Source: Candidatus Omnitrophota bacterium (GTDB taxonomy: Bacteria > Omnitrophota > Gorgyraeia > Duberdicusellales > 4484-171). From it: 29,109 bases of DNA. The stretch spans positions 1 through 29,109 of the forward strand of contig JBAYNQ010000001.1 of NCBI GenBank assembly GCA_041678705.1, in the 5' to 3' direction. Below are positions 9,126 through 17,575 of this stretch, piece after piece; position 1 is the first letter of the stretch; each line of letters begins with the position of its first letter. A program made the translations under genes and the position numbers. The notes beneath the pieces are model-generated. The model saw nothing but the letters and a program-made list of their open reading frames with translations, ran no database searches and was not told the DNA's origin.

Positions 9126-9871
9126 TACAGGAAGTTTGCCGTAAATTAAGAGAAAAAAGGAGAGAGCTTGGCTATAGCCTTGAGTATACGGTGGAAAAGA
9201 CAAAGTTGCACCCCTCGATGATTAAAGATATAGAAGATTGTAATCTGAGTAAAATAAATGCCACTTATTTAAAAGGATTTATTAAGATATATGCTGCTTT
9301 TTTAAATGTAGATTTAGGTTCAAGTTTGGAAGAAATAACTTCTTCGGATAAGGTTCCCGGCCCCAGTCGCCCCAGAAAAGAGAGAAAAGCCAGCAATAGC
9401 GGTATTTCAAGAAAAGTTACCGGTATTCTAAAAAACATACCTTCACAGGTTAAGAAAAAGATTCTGTTTGTACTGGCAGTACTTTTTTTACTTTGGATGG
9501 TTTTTAACATAGGAAAGTTTATTGTCAGCAAAATTTCCGGAGTGTTTAAATCTCATTCGGCCGCGGCAAAAGAGGAATCCAAACCGCAAGATATTCCTAT
9601 TTCCAACAGTAAAGATTTAACTTTATCTTTGACCGCAAAGAAAAAGTGCTTTGTTAAGGTAATGGTGGACGGCAGGATATTGTTTGAAGGCACTTTAGAT
9701 AAAGGTGCGGTTGAATCCTGGAGGGGAAATAAAAAAATAGAACTAAAAGTCAACGATGGCTCAGCCATTTATATGGAAGTTAACGGCAAAGCCATACCAG
9801 CCCTGACTTCTATGCGTAAGCCGATAAAAAGCCTCAAGATAACGCCTTCGGGCATAACAGTTGATAAATAA
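9116..9871 (+). CDS. rodZ: RodZ-like cytoskeleton protein (HTH, TM helix, C-terminal periplasmic domain)
   Basis: N-terminal XRE-type HTH (LREKRRELGYSLE...GFIKIYAAFL), single TM helix, beta-rich C-terminal domain; conserved ftsK-rodZ-rimO-pgsA order. Confidence 0.78.
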   Translation: MGMIQEVCRKLREKRRELGYSLEYTVEKTKLHPSMIKDIEDCNLSKINATYLKGFIKIYAAFLNVDLGSSLEEITSSDKVPGPSRPRKERKASNSGISRKVTGILKNIPSQVKKKILFVLAVLFLLWMVFNIGKFIVSKISGVFKSHSAAAKEESKPQDIPISNSKDLTLSLTAKKKCFVKVMVDGRILFEGTLDKGAVESWRGNKKIELKVNDGSAIYMEVNGKAIPALTSMRKPIKSLKITPSGITVDK

Positions 9872-9872
9872 C

Positions 9873-10053
9873 CGCAGATGACCACTATTTAATACGGTAA
9901 TTGCTGAAAGGTTGCGTAGCTGGAAACGTTATGCGTTGAACGTCAGCCTTCTCCATTTTTAGTATTTTGTAGACGCAACCAACAAACGGTGGACGATTCG
10001 AGTTGCGCAACCGTTTAGCGTATAGCGTTTTTTTCTATCTGTGATAATCTGTG
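9873..10053. repeat. Structured intergenic element bounded by CRCAGAT/ATCTGTG arms with internal hairpins
   Basis: Left CGCAGAT-GAC-CAC (9873-9885), right ATCTGTG-ATA-ATCTGTG (10037-10053); internal stems GGTTGCGT/ACGCAACC, GCTG/CAGC, ACGTT/AACGT and AAACGGT/ACCGTTT. Confidence 0.6.
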
Positions 10054-10054
10054 T

Positions 10055-11323
10055 GTGGCAATGAATAAAAAAAAGACCTTTTCTATAGTATCTCTAGGTT
10101 GTTTTCGTAATACCTATGATTCTGAAGTTGTTGTTGGAAAATATTGCGATAAAGGATATAAATTTTTATCGCAAGAGGATTTTACCAAAAATAAAGAAGT
10201 AAACACTTTGTTGATAAACACTTGTGGTTTTATTGACAAAGCTAAAGAAGAATCAATAAACGCTATCAAGGATGCTCTTTGGCTTAAGAAGAATAAAAAA
10301 ATAGAGAGACTTTTTGTTTTTGGTTGCTTAGTCCAGAGATATCACAGGCAATTAAAGAAGTTCTTTCCCGGAGTTGACCAATGGCAAGGGGTGGAAGAGT
10401 TTGGACGCTGTTTTCAAAAGCGTAAGCGCCTCACCCCCGCAACTTATGGTTTTTTGAAAATCTGCGAAGGATGCATTAACAACTGTAGTTTTTGCTCTAT
10501 TCCTGCCATTAAGGGGCCCTTGTTCAGCAGGCCTCTTAGGGAGGTTGTCAGGGAAGCAAAGCTTTTAGATGCGAGTGGCATAAAGGAATTAAATATTATA
10601 GGCCAGGATGTGCCTAGTTGGGGTAAAGACTTAGGCTCTGGCTATGATGTCGTTAAGCTTCTTAAGGCGATAATCAAAGCAACATCCAGAATACGCTGGA
10701 TTCGTCTTATTTATACGCATCCCCGCAACGTTACTACCGCGCTTTTAGAATTTATAGCGAAAGAACCTCGAATTTGTAAGTATATTGACTTACCCATACA
10801 GCATATAAACGACAGAATTCTTAAATTGATGAATAGGGGCATTAATAAGAAGCAAACCCGATCTTTAATACATAAGATACGCAGAATAATCCCGGATTGC
10901 GTCATAAGAACTTCGGTAATCGCCGGTTTTCCTACCGAAACAGAAAAGGAGTTTGAGGAGCTCTTGAGATTCTTAAAAGAAATTAGATTCGAGCGCCTGG
11001 GAGTTTTTACTTATTCACGAGAAGAGAAGACTCCGGCTTACAGCCTGAGGCCCCAAGTTCACTATCGCAGGAAAGAAAAGCGTTTTAGACAGATTATGAA
11101 AACCCAGCAGAGTATAGCATATGAAATCAACAACAGCCTTGTGGGTCAGCCTATAGATGTCTTGATTGAAGGCAAAGAATCTGGTATCTTTGTAGGCAGG
11201 ACTCAATATGATGCTCCTGAGGTAGACGGAGTGGTTTTCGTAAAGCGTAAGAACCTTAAGATAGGCGGATTTTACCGTCTTAAAGTTGTTGATTCTTACG
11301 AATATGATCTAATTGCCGGGTAA
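10055..11323 (+). CDS. rimO: Ribosomal protein S12 methylthiotransferase (radical SAM); start GTG 10055 or ATG 10061
   Basis: SLGCFRNTYDSE, INTCGFIDKAKEES, FGCLVQRY, CxxxCxxC (CINNCSFC), YIDLPIQH, GFPTETE, GRTQYDAPEVDG and a TRAM domain. Confidence 0.9.
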   Translation: MAMNKKKTFSIVSLGCFRNTYDSEVVVGKYCDKGYKFLSQEDFTKNKEVNTLLINTCGFIDKAKEESINAIKDALWLKKNKKIERLFVFGCLVQRYHRQLKKFFPGVDQWQGVEEFGRCFQKRKRLTPATYGFLKICEGCINNCSFCSIPAIKGPLFSRPLREVVREAKLLDASGIKELNIIGQDVPSWGKDLGSGYDVVKLLKAIIKATSRIRWIRLIYTHPRNVTTALLEFIAKEPRICKYIDLPIQHINDRILKLMNRGINKKQTRSLIHKIRRIIPDCVIRTSVIAGFPTETEKEFEELLRFLKEIRFERLGVFTYSREEKTPAYSLRPQVHYRRKEKRFRQIMKTQQSIAYEINNSLVGQPIDVLIEGKESGIFVGRTQYDAPEVDGVVFVKRKNLKIGGFYRLKVVDSYEYDLIAG

Positions 11324-11376
11324 CGCTATGCATCCGAGGATGTTTAAAAAACAGCCAACTGGCAAAAGGTAGTTAC

Positions 11377-11943
11377 ATGAATATAGCCAATAAGCTTACT
11401 TTATTACGTATAGGGCTTGCTTTTGTATGTATCGGCTTGGTCCTAAGGGATAGCTGTATCTCTCTTTTGTTAGCCCTTATCGTTTTCATATTAGCTTCGC
11501 TGACCGATTTACTGGATGGATACCTGGCACGTAAAAAAGATTTAGTTTCGGACTTGGGTAAAATACTGGACCCTATCGCTGATAAAATTCTTATCATTGG
11601 AATTTTTTGTGCTTTTCTCGAGCTGGGAGTAATTAACGCCTGGATGGTTACTTTAATAATGCTGAGAGAATTTATTATTACCGGTTTAAGATTTTACGGC
11701 TTGAACAAAGGAGTTATTTTAGAAGCAAGAAGGTTAGGAAAGCACAAGACCGTTTCTCAAATCACAGGTATATGTGTTATATTTATCTCTCTTATATTGT
11801 CTAAAATTTTTCCTGTCAGCAAAACGGTTCTTTTTCTCTACAACTTTTGCATTCCCGTTTTAATGTGGTACATTGTTTTGATAACAGTTTTTTCAGGTGT
11901 GCACTATTTTTGGGCCAACCGCAAAGCGATAAGAACCTTTTGA
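11377..11943 (+). CDS. pgsA: CDP-diacylglycerol--glycerol-3-phosphate 3-phosphatidyltransferase
   Basis: NIANKLTLLR, TDLLDGYLARK...SDLGKILDPIADK (CDP-alcohol phosphotransferase motif), REFIITGLR, GKHKT. Confidence 0.93.
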   Translation: MNIANKLTLLRIGLAFVCIGLVLRDSCISLLLALIVFILASLTDLLDGYLARKKDLVSDLGKILDPIADKILIIGIFCAFLELGVINAWMVTLIMLREFIITGLRFYGLNKGVILEARRLGKHKTVSQITGICVIFISLILSKIFPVSKTVLFLYNFCIPVLMWYIVLITVFSGVHYFWANRKAIRTF

Positions 11944-11976
11944 TGTGCAGAAAATCGTGGATAGGCGAATATACTG

Positions 11977-12450
11977 ATGATTACAGATAAAACAATGAAA
12001 GCAAAGATTTGGGATAAGGCCTCCGTGTTGTTAGCTACGCTTTTTGGGACGGGATACTTTCCCTTATGCCCGGGTACCGCCGCCGGTGTTTTAGGCTTGT
12101 TGGTTTTTATTGTCATAAAGAGCCCCGTAGTTTTTATTGTTTTTACGTTCCTTGCTACAATGGTATCTTTTCCTGTGTCTTCCCGGGCCGAAAGGATCTT
12201 CGGTAAAAAGGACCCCAAACAGATAGTGATTGATGATTTTTGCGGCATGCTCATAACTTTTATTTTTATACCTCATGATATACGATTTATCATTTCAGGT
12301 TTTTTTCTTTTTCGCATGTTGGATATGTTAAAAATTCCCCCGGCTAACGTAGTGGAAGGCTATAAAGGTTCACTGGGGATAGTCGGAGATGATATCGTGG
12401 CCGGGATATATGCTAATCTTATTTTGCAGGCTGTTAGGTTTTTAGTCTAA
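11977..12450 (+). CDS. pgpA: Phosphatidylglycerophosphatase A
   Basis: GTGYFPLCPGTAAG, DPKQIVIDDFCG, FFLFRMLDMLKIPP, GIVGDDIVAG; follows pgsA (alternative ATG at 11995). Confidence 0.9.
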   Translation: MITDKTMKAKIWDKASVLLATLFGTGYFPLCPGTAAGVLGLLVFIVIKSPVVFIVFTFLATMVSFPVSSRAERIFGKKDPKQIVIDDFCGMLITFIFIPHDIRFIISGFFLFRMLDMLKIPPANVVEGYKGSLGIVGDDIVAGIYANLILQAVRFLV

Positions 12451-13013
12451 GGCAAGGTAAGAGAAAAAAGCTTTTTGTATTGAGGCCCCCCTGCGGTTAG
12501 TTTGCTTTCAAAAAGGCAGATACGATTCACCAGAAATTTCTTACCAGGTAGATTTACTTTTTCTATCAAAGAAATGTCTGTATTCAGCAGCTTGTTGTCC
12601 TTTATTCTTGCTAGAGTGATATGGGGCTCAAAAGGTAAGCCTCTAGAGTCACGGTTAGGGGCCGATACCTTATCTAGCCTAGCGTAAATTTCTTGGATTG
12701 CCTTTTTCTGATTGATAGCCAAAAATATTATACGGGGATTTTTCTTATTTGGGAAAAACCCCGGTTTTTTTATCTGTAAAGAGAAAGCATTAAGATTGGC
12801 AAAGGCATTCTTTATTATATCTATAAAACGGCTTACGTCATGGGGGGTTATCTGGCCCAGAAACTTTAAAGTCAAATGAATGTTTTGAGGTGCTACCCAT
12901 TTTAGCTGTGGTAAGTTTGGTTTTAGTTCTGATTCTATCTGCCTACAGGCTTCTCGCATGTTTTTGGGCAGTTCCAAGGCTATAAATGACCTTACGGCTT
13001 TATCTTTTTGCAT
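12447..13013 (-). CDS. thpR: RNA 2',3'-cyclic phosphodiesterase (2'-5' RNA ligase family)
   Basis: RSFIALEL, two HxT motifs (IHLTLKFLG, PHITLAR), C-terminal LFESKLT.GGPQY. Confidence 0.9.
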   Translation of the reverse strand: MQKDKAVRSFIALELPKNMREACRQIESELKPNLPQLKWVAPQNIHLTLKFLGQITPHDVSRFIDIIKNAFANLNAFSLQIKKPGFFPNKKNPRIIFLAINQKKAIQEIYARLDKVSAPNRDSRGLPFEPHITLARIKDNKLLNTDISLIEKVNLPGKKFLVNRICLFESKLTAGGPQYKKLFSLTLP

Positions 13014-13462
13014 ATAAATTCAAGCAGTAAGCCGCTCGCTTTTTTACGGACCATATCGCGACTGCCGGAAATAAGTATTTTTTTTGTAGATAAGCCTTTA
13101 TAATCTATAGCCATAAATATTGTGCCTTTTTTCATTTTTCCGTAAGCCTTGGGGCCGGCAAACCCGACGATGGAAGCGCCGATATCGGTTTTCAGTTTTT
13201 TCTTCATAGTTTTTGCCAGTAGTTTTGCGACTTCTGCCGATACGCCCTGAGTTTTTTCAAGTAAAGGTTTTTTTATTCCCAATAAGATACTTTTTGAATA
13301 TAGGGAATAAACTATAACGCTGCCCTTAAATACCTCTGAGCTGCCAGGCGTTTTAGTTATAAGATAGCTTACGTATCCTCCGCTGCAAGATTCAGCTATA
13401 GCCAGGCTTAGTTTTTTATTTTTAAGTAATCGGATGAGTTTTTCGGAAACATTTTTATCCAT
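12992..13462 (-). CDS. cinA: CinA C-terminal domain protein (NMN amidohydrolase PncC-like)
   Basis: LAIAESCSGG, PGSSEVFKGSVIVYS..SK..LLG, GVS.EVA, GFAGP, R.MVRKKA; lacks the N-terminal MoCF domain. Confidence 0.82.
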   Translation of the reverse strand: MDKNVSEKLIRLLKNKKLSLAIAESCSGGYVSYLITKTPGSSEVFKGSVIVYSLYSKSILLGIKKPLLEKTQGVSAEVAKLLAKTMKKKLKTDIGASIVGFAGPKAYGKMKKGTIFMAIDYKGLSTKKILISGSRDMVRKKASGLLLEFICKKIKP

Positions 13463-13465
13463 AGA

Positions 13466-15418
13466 TTAAAAACTTTGCTCCACTTTTAGTTCTTCGTAAG
13501 AATCGCGGGATAATTCATGCAAAAACATGGAAGGCTGTGAAAGTATCGCTCCGTTTTTAAAGGTATATTTTATCTGAGGATAAATAATATAAAGAATTGA
13601 TTTAGCTCGGGTTATAGCTACATAAAAAAGCCGGCGTTCTTCTTCCAGGGCTGCCTGAGAGCCCAGGGATTTAGGATGAGGAAAGTCATATTCAGAGAGG
13701 CCTATCAAAAAAACCGCCTCCCACTCCAGGCCTTTTGCTTGGTGTATGGTTGAAAGTACAAGAGTTTCTTCGTTAATGTCATTTTTTAAGCGGGTTTCGC
13801 CTTTAAAATCTTCAAAAGAACCCAAATCTAGGAGAAAACTTCTGATAGAGGAGTATTGGGAAGACATTTTTGTTAATTCTTCCAGGTCAAGTATTCGTTC
13901 GTCAGCATTATCAAAGGAAAGATGACAGTAATCCGCATAGCTTTTAAGGATTTCTTTCAAGGCGATTTCGGGAGAGTCTATTTTTTTTAAAGCCAGCAAG
14001 AGATTTGAAAAGTTCCGGAATCCTTCCCGCTGACGTTGGGGGAGAATTTTTTCTATTTCTGAAAAATTACTTTTCCCGGCGTCGAATTTCTCCCATATTT
14101 TATAAGAGTAACTTCTTCCAATACCCTTATGGAGGCAGACGGACCGCTTGAATGATAGCTCATCTTTAGGATTTATGAGTATTTTAAGATAGGAAAAAAC
14201 ATCTTTGATATGAGCTTGTTCGAAGAATCTCAAACCCCCTCGGATTAGATAGGGTATATTTCGTTTTATCAATTCCATTTCTAGTTCCAGAGCTTGGAAG
14301 CGTGAACGAAAAAGGACCGCTATTTCTTTTAAGGAGACGCCTTCCTGGGATAATTCCAGGATCCTTTGTCCTATGAATTGAGCCTGTTGATAAACATCCC
14401 GGGTTTCTACTATGCAAGGGGTGTTCCCCCCGATTTTTATGGGCCGAAGTTGTTTGGGGAATTGGTTTAGATTATGCTGTATAATTTCATTGGCCATATC
14501 AAGTATTGGTTTTTGAGACCGGTAATTAGTCTGCAATTTGAATATTTTGGTTCCCGGGAATGTTTTGGGAAAATCCAGGATATTATTTATGTCTGCCGCG
14601 CGGAAAGAATATATAGATTGAGCATCATCACCTACAACCAAAATGTTATTATGGCAGGATGAAAGTTTTTTCAGTATTTCAAATTGAAGCTTATTTGTGT
14701 CCTGATATTCGTCAACAAGTATGTAGTTGAATATTTCGGAGTATTTTCGGCTTATTTCGTCTATTTGCATTATTTTAAGCCAGTTGCTCAAAAGGTCGCT
14801 GAAATCCATAACATTAGCAAGAAGTTTCTTTTTATTGTAAAGACGCGTTATTTTCTCAATTACCGGTATATATTCTTCGATATGAGGATAGAAAACCTGT
14901 ATGGTTTCCGGTATCCTTTTGCAGGAACTTTCTGCCAGGCCGTGGATATTATATATTAGGCCTTTCTTGGGAAACAGCTTTTCCCGTTTGTATAGGTTAA
15001 GGTCTTCAAAGCAGTCTTCCAATAAGTCTTTGGCATCTTCTTTGTCAATAATCGTGAAATTAGCCGAATATCCTATAGCTTTGGCCTCTTTCCTTAGTAT
15101 GATGTTTCCTATATGATGAAATGTTCCTGACCAAAGATGTGAAAGGCTTGACTTTAGCAGCGTTTCTGCCCGATGGATCATCTCATTGGCAGCTCGGTTA
15201 GTGAAAGTAACCAGTAATATATTATTCGCGGGTATGCCCTTTTCAAGCAGCCATGCCAGGCGGTATATTAATACCCGGGTTTTCCCGCTGCCGGCCCCGG
15301 CTAAAACTAGAGACGGGCCGTCAGCGTCTTTGACGACTTTAAGCTGGTCGGGGTTGAGTTTTTCCTGATAGTTTATCAGAGCGTTTGCTTTATAGGGGTT
15401 AAGCTTGTAGCTTTTCAT
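13466..15418 (-). CDS. UvrD/PcrA/Rep family SF1 DNA helicase
   Basis: LVLAGAGSGKTRVL, LLVTFTNRAA, GTFHH, ILVDEYQDTN, VVGDDAQSIYSFRAA, LQTNYRS, STIHQAKGLEW, EEERRLFYVAITRAK; 650 aa, apparently without the PcrA/UvrD C-terminal extension. Confidence 0.92.
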   Translation of the reverse strand: MKSYKLNPYKANALINYQEKLNPDQLKVVKDADGPSLVLAGAGSGKTRVLIYRLAWLLEKGIPANNILLVTFTNRAANEMIHRAETLLKSSLSHLWSGTFHHIGNIILRKEAKAIGYSANFTIIDKEDAKDLLEDCFEDLNLYKREKLFPKKGLIYNIHGLAESSCKRIPETIQVFYPHIEEYIPVIEKITRLYNKKKLLANVMDFSDLLSNWLKIMQIDEISRKYSEIFNYILVDEYQDTNKLQFEILKKLSSCHNNILVVGDDAQSIYSFRAADINNILDFPKTFPGTKIFKLQTNYRSQKPILDMANEIIQHNLNQFPKQLRPIKIGGNTPCIVETRDVYQQAQFIGQRILELSQEGVSLKEIAVLFRSRFQALELEMELIKRNIPYLIRGGLRFFEQAHIKDVFSYLKILINPKDELSFKRSVCLHKGIGRSYSYKIWEKFDAGKSNFSEIEKILPQRQREGFRNFSNLLLALKKIDSPEIALKEILKSYADYCHLSFDNADERILDLEELTKMSSQYSSIRSFLLDLGSFEDFKGETRLKNDINEETLVLSTIHQAKGLEWEAVFLIGLSEYDFPHPKSLGSQAALEEERRLFYVAITRAKSILYIIYPQIKYTFKNGAILSQPSMFLHELSRDSYEELKVEQSF

Positions 15419-15430
15419 ATTCCATATATT

Positions 15431-15459
15431 ATCATAAAGTAAAAAGAGTGGTTAGTAAA
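15431..15459 (-). promoter_or_regulatory. Putative sigma70 promoter for the helicase-cinA-thpR unit
   Basis: Minus strand TTTACT (15459-15454), 17 nt, TATGAT (15436-15431), 12 nt before ATG. Confidence 0.45.
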
Positions 15460-15498
15460 AAATCCCAATTCATTCTTAGCAGAAATTTTGTGGTGTTC

Positions 15499-15592
15499 GG
15501 TTTTTTAGTCTTTTGGTTCTTTAGTTTTTCAGTCTTTTTATTTTTAGTTCTTTAGTTTTCTGTTTTTTGGTCTTTTGGTTTTTTAGTTTTTC
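15499..15592. repeat. Degenerate octamer array (RGTYYTTT, about 12 units)
   Basis: GGTTTTTT-AGTCTTTT-GGTTCTTT-AGTTTTTC-AGTCTTTT ... GGTCTTTT-GGTTTTTT-AGTTTTTC; extreme T skew. Confidence 0.8.
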
Positions 15593-15676
15593 TTAACCTT
15601 AACCTTAACCTTAACCTGTATAGTCTATGGCCCATGGACTGTTGACTATGGACTTTTTTAAACCTCAACCTTAAGC
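15593..15676. repeat. Hexamer array (TTAACC x4, resuming TAAACC-TCAACC-TTAAGC) interrupted by a heptamer block
   Basis: Perfect TTAACC x4 at 15593-15616; heptamers ATAGTCT-ATGGCCC-ATGGACT-GTTGACT-ATGGACT at 15620-15654; hexamers resume at 15659-15676. Confidence 0.85.
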
Positions 15677-15724
15677 TATGCCCGTTTCTAATGGCTTACA
15701 GCTTGAAGCTGGTAATTGGCGTCG

Positions 15725-15753
15725 TTGACAGCCTTATTTTGAAATGGTAGAAT
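15725..15753 (+). promoter_or_regulatory. sigma70 promoter for the ACT-domain gene
   Basis: TTGACA (15725-15730), 17 nt, TG-g-TAGAAT (15745-15753); SD AAGGAGG at 15821-15827. Confidence 0.75.
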
Positions 15754-15832
15754 TTTGAAGGCGAAATAAGATAAATACGTTTAAATTCTGTGAATAGCGG
15801 GCCTATTTGTTTTCGGAAATAAGGAGGTTCTA

Positions 15833-16228
15833 ATGAAAGGAGTAAAAGGTAAAGAATTAATACTGACTACTGAAAATAAAGTAGGTAAGCTTGAAGAAAT
15901 AGCCAGGGCCATAAAAGATGAAGGTATAAATTTGCGGGCTATATCGGCCTGGTCTTTTGAAGATAAAGCCTTTTTTCGCATAGTATCTTCCGATAATGTT
16001 AAGACAAAAGAGATTTTACAACTTTTGGGGAAAGTAGAAGAAAAAGAAGTGATTATAGTCGAGATGACTGATGAGATGGGACAGCTATTTTCTCTGGCTT
16101 CTAAATTAAAGGATAATAATATAGATATCAACCATATTTATGGTACGGCTTCAGAGCCCGATAAATCAGTTATTGTTGTTTTTTCTTCAGCCAACAACAA
16201 CAAAGCTCTTGAATTGATTTCTTCCTGA
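15833..16228 (+). CDS. Tandem ACT-domain protein
   Basis: Two ACT-like repeats (ENKVGKLEEIARAIKDEGINLRAI; DEMGQLFSLASKLKDNNIDINHIYG), 131 aa, strong SD. Confidence 0.8.
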   Translation: MKGVKGKELILTTENKVGKLEEIARAIKDEGINLRAISAWSFEDKAFFRIVSSDNVKTKEILQLLGKVEEKEVIIVEMTDEMGQLFSLASKLKDNNIDINHIYGTASEPDKSVIVVFSSANNNKALELISS

Positions 16229-16243
16229 CCGATAATAATTTGC

Positions 16244-16270
16244 AATAGCCGGGCTGTTTTTAAATTTTTG
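16244..16270 (+). terminator. Weak possible intrinsic terminator after the ACT gene
   Basis: AATAGC-CGG-GCTGTT short stem followed by T-rich run. Confidence 0.25.
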
Positions 16271-16310
16271 GTCAAAGCTCTTGGTAATTTCAATAGTAAC
16301 CGTCAATCCA

Positions 16311-17525
16311 ATGAGAATAAAATTTCCTTCTTCTTTTTTGTGGGGGTCAGCTATTTCCAGTTACCAATGTGAAGGGGGTAATAGTTTTTGTGATTGGTTT
16401 GAGTGGGAAAAGAAAAAGAATCTCCAGCCATGCGGTTTAGCCTGTAATCACTACAATCTTTTCAAAAAAGATTTTTCTCTTGCCCGCAAGCTTAACCTTA
16501 ATTCTTTGAGATTTTCGTTGGAATGGTCGCGTCTGTGCCCTGAGCCGGGTGTTTTTTTAGAAAAAGAGCTCAATCATTACCTCGAAGTTCTTAATGAATT
16601 GTTACTTCAGGGTTTAGAGCCCGTAGTTACCCTGCATCACTTCACAAATCCCGTATGGTTTGCAAAGATGCAATCTTTCTCCAGAGCTAAAAATATAGAC
16701 CACTTTCTTTTTTATCTCGGCAAGGTAGTCCGGGCTTTAAAAGATAAGGTTAATATTTGGTTAATCTTTAACGAACCCCTTGTTTATATCTACAATTCTT
16801 ATGTAGAGGGTATATGGCCCCCGGGCAGTAAGTCGCTATTATCCGCTAAAAAAGTTTTAGATAACATAATTACTGCTTATTGTCTGGGCTACGAAGAAAT
16901 AAACAGGATTTATAAGACAGAAAAGAGTTCTCCCCGTATTTCTCTAGCTAAAAATATGCGTGTTTTTTCCCCTTGTCATGAAGGAGCAAAAAACCTGAAT
17001 TCTTTTAGTGCGCAGCTACGCAGCCGTGTGTTTAATTTTTGGCTGATTGAAAAACTTACAAAGGCCGGCAAACTCGATTTTCTGGCCCTTAACTATTATT
17101 GCCGGGAGTTTGTCCGGTTCAAAGGGCCTCTTGGTGCTGCTTGTAGCCACGGGTATGATTCCAGAAAAAATTATCTGGGTTGGGATATCTATCCACAGGG
17201 GTTTTATGAGCTTCTCATGCGTCTGAAAAAATACAATCTACCTGTATTTGTTACTGAGAATGGTTCGGCCGAGAGCCAAGAAACTTTTTATGAAAGCTAT
17301 CTGCTTGAACACTTAAGAAGCCTTGCTCGTGCTTATGAGGAGGGCGTTGATTTGATGGGCTACTTATGGTGGTCGTTACTCGATAATTTTGAATGGGATA
17401 AGGGATTTGGGCCGAGATTTGGCTTGATTGAGGTTGACTACACTAATTTTAACCGCAAAATAAAACCTTTTGCTTATACTTACGCTAAGATATGTAAAGA
17501 AAACGAGATAGATACAAAATGCTGA
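16311..17525 (+). CDS. Glycoside hydrolase family 1 (beta-glucosidase/beta-glycosidase)
   Basis: FPSSFLWGSAISSYQCEG, RFSLEWSR, TLHHFT, acid/base motif IFNEP, nucleophile motif VTENG, WSLLDNFEW..GFGPRFGL. ATG 16311 preferred over TTG 16281. Confidence 0.92.
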   Translation: MRIKFPSSFLWGSAISSYQCEGGNSFCDWFEWEKKKNLQPCGLACNHYNLFKKDFSLARKLNLNSLRFSLEWSRLCPEPGVFLEKELNHYLEVLNELLLQGLEPVVTLHHFTNPVWFAKMQSFSRAKNIDHFLFYLGKVVRALKDKVNIWLIFNEPLVYIYNSYVEGIWPPGSKSLLSAKKVLDNIITAYCLGYEEINRIYKTEKSSPRISLAKNMRVFSPCHEGAKNLNSFSAQLRSRVFNFWLIEKLTKAGKLDFLALNYYCREFVRFKGPLGAACSHGYDSRKNYLGWDIYPQGFYELLMRLKKYNLPVFVTENGSAESQETFYESYLLEHLRSLARAYEEGVDLMGYLWWSLLDNFEWDKGFGPRFGLIEVDYTNFNRKIKPFAYTYAKICKENEIDTKC

Positions 17526-17575
17526 TTTTTGCCAGCTCAGTTAGCACAGATCCGGGGTTTTAAAGCAATACTTAA

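Noticed and set aside
15593-15616. TTAACC x4 as a telomere-like or eukaryotic insert
   Set aside because: Only four units, embedded in an ordinary bacterial spacer and continuing as degenerate hexamers; no other eukaryotic signal.
15499-15720. Repeat region as a CRISPR array
   Set aside because: Units are 6-8 nt in tandem with no unique spacers, and there are no cas genes.
16281-16310. TTG-start N-terminal extension of the GH1
   Set aside because: GH1 homology begins at MRIKFP (ATG 16311), and no SD supports the TTG.
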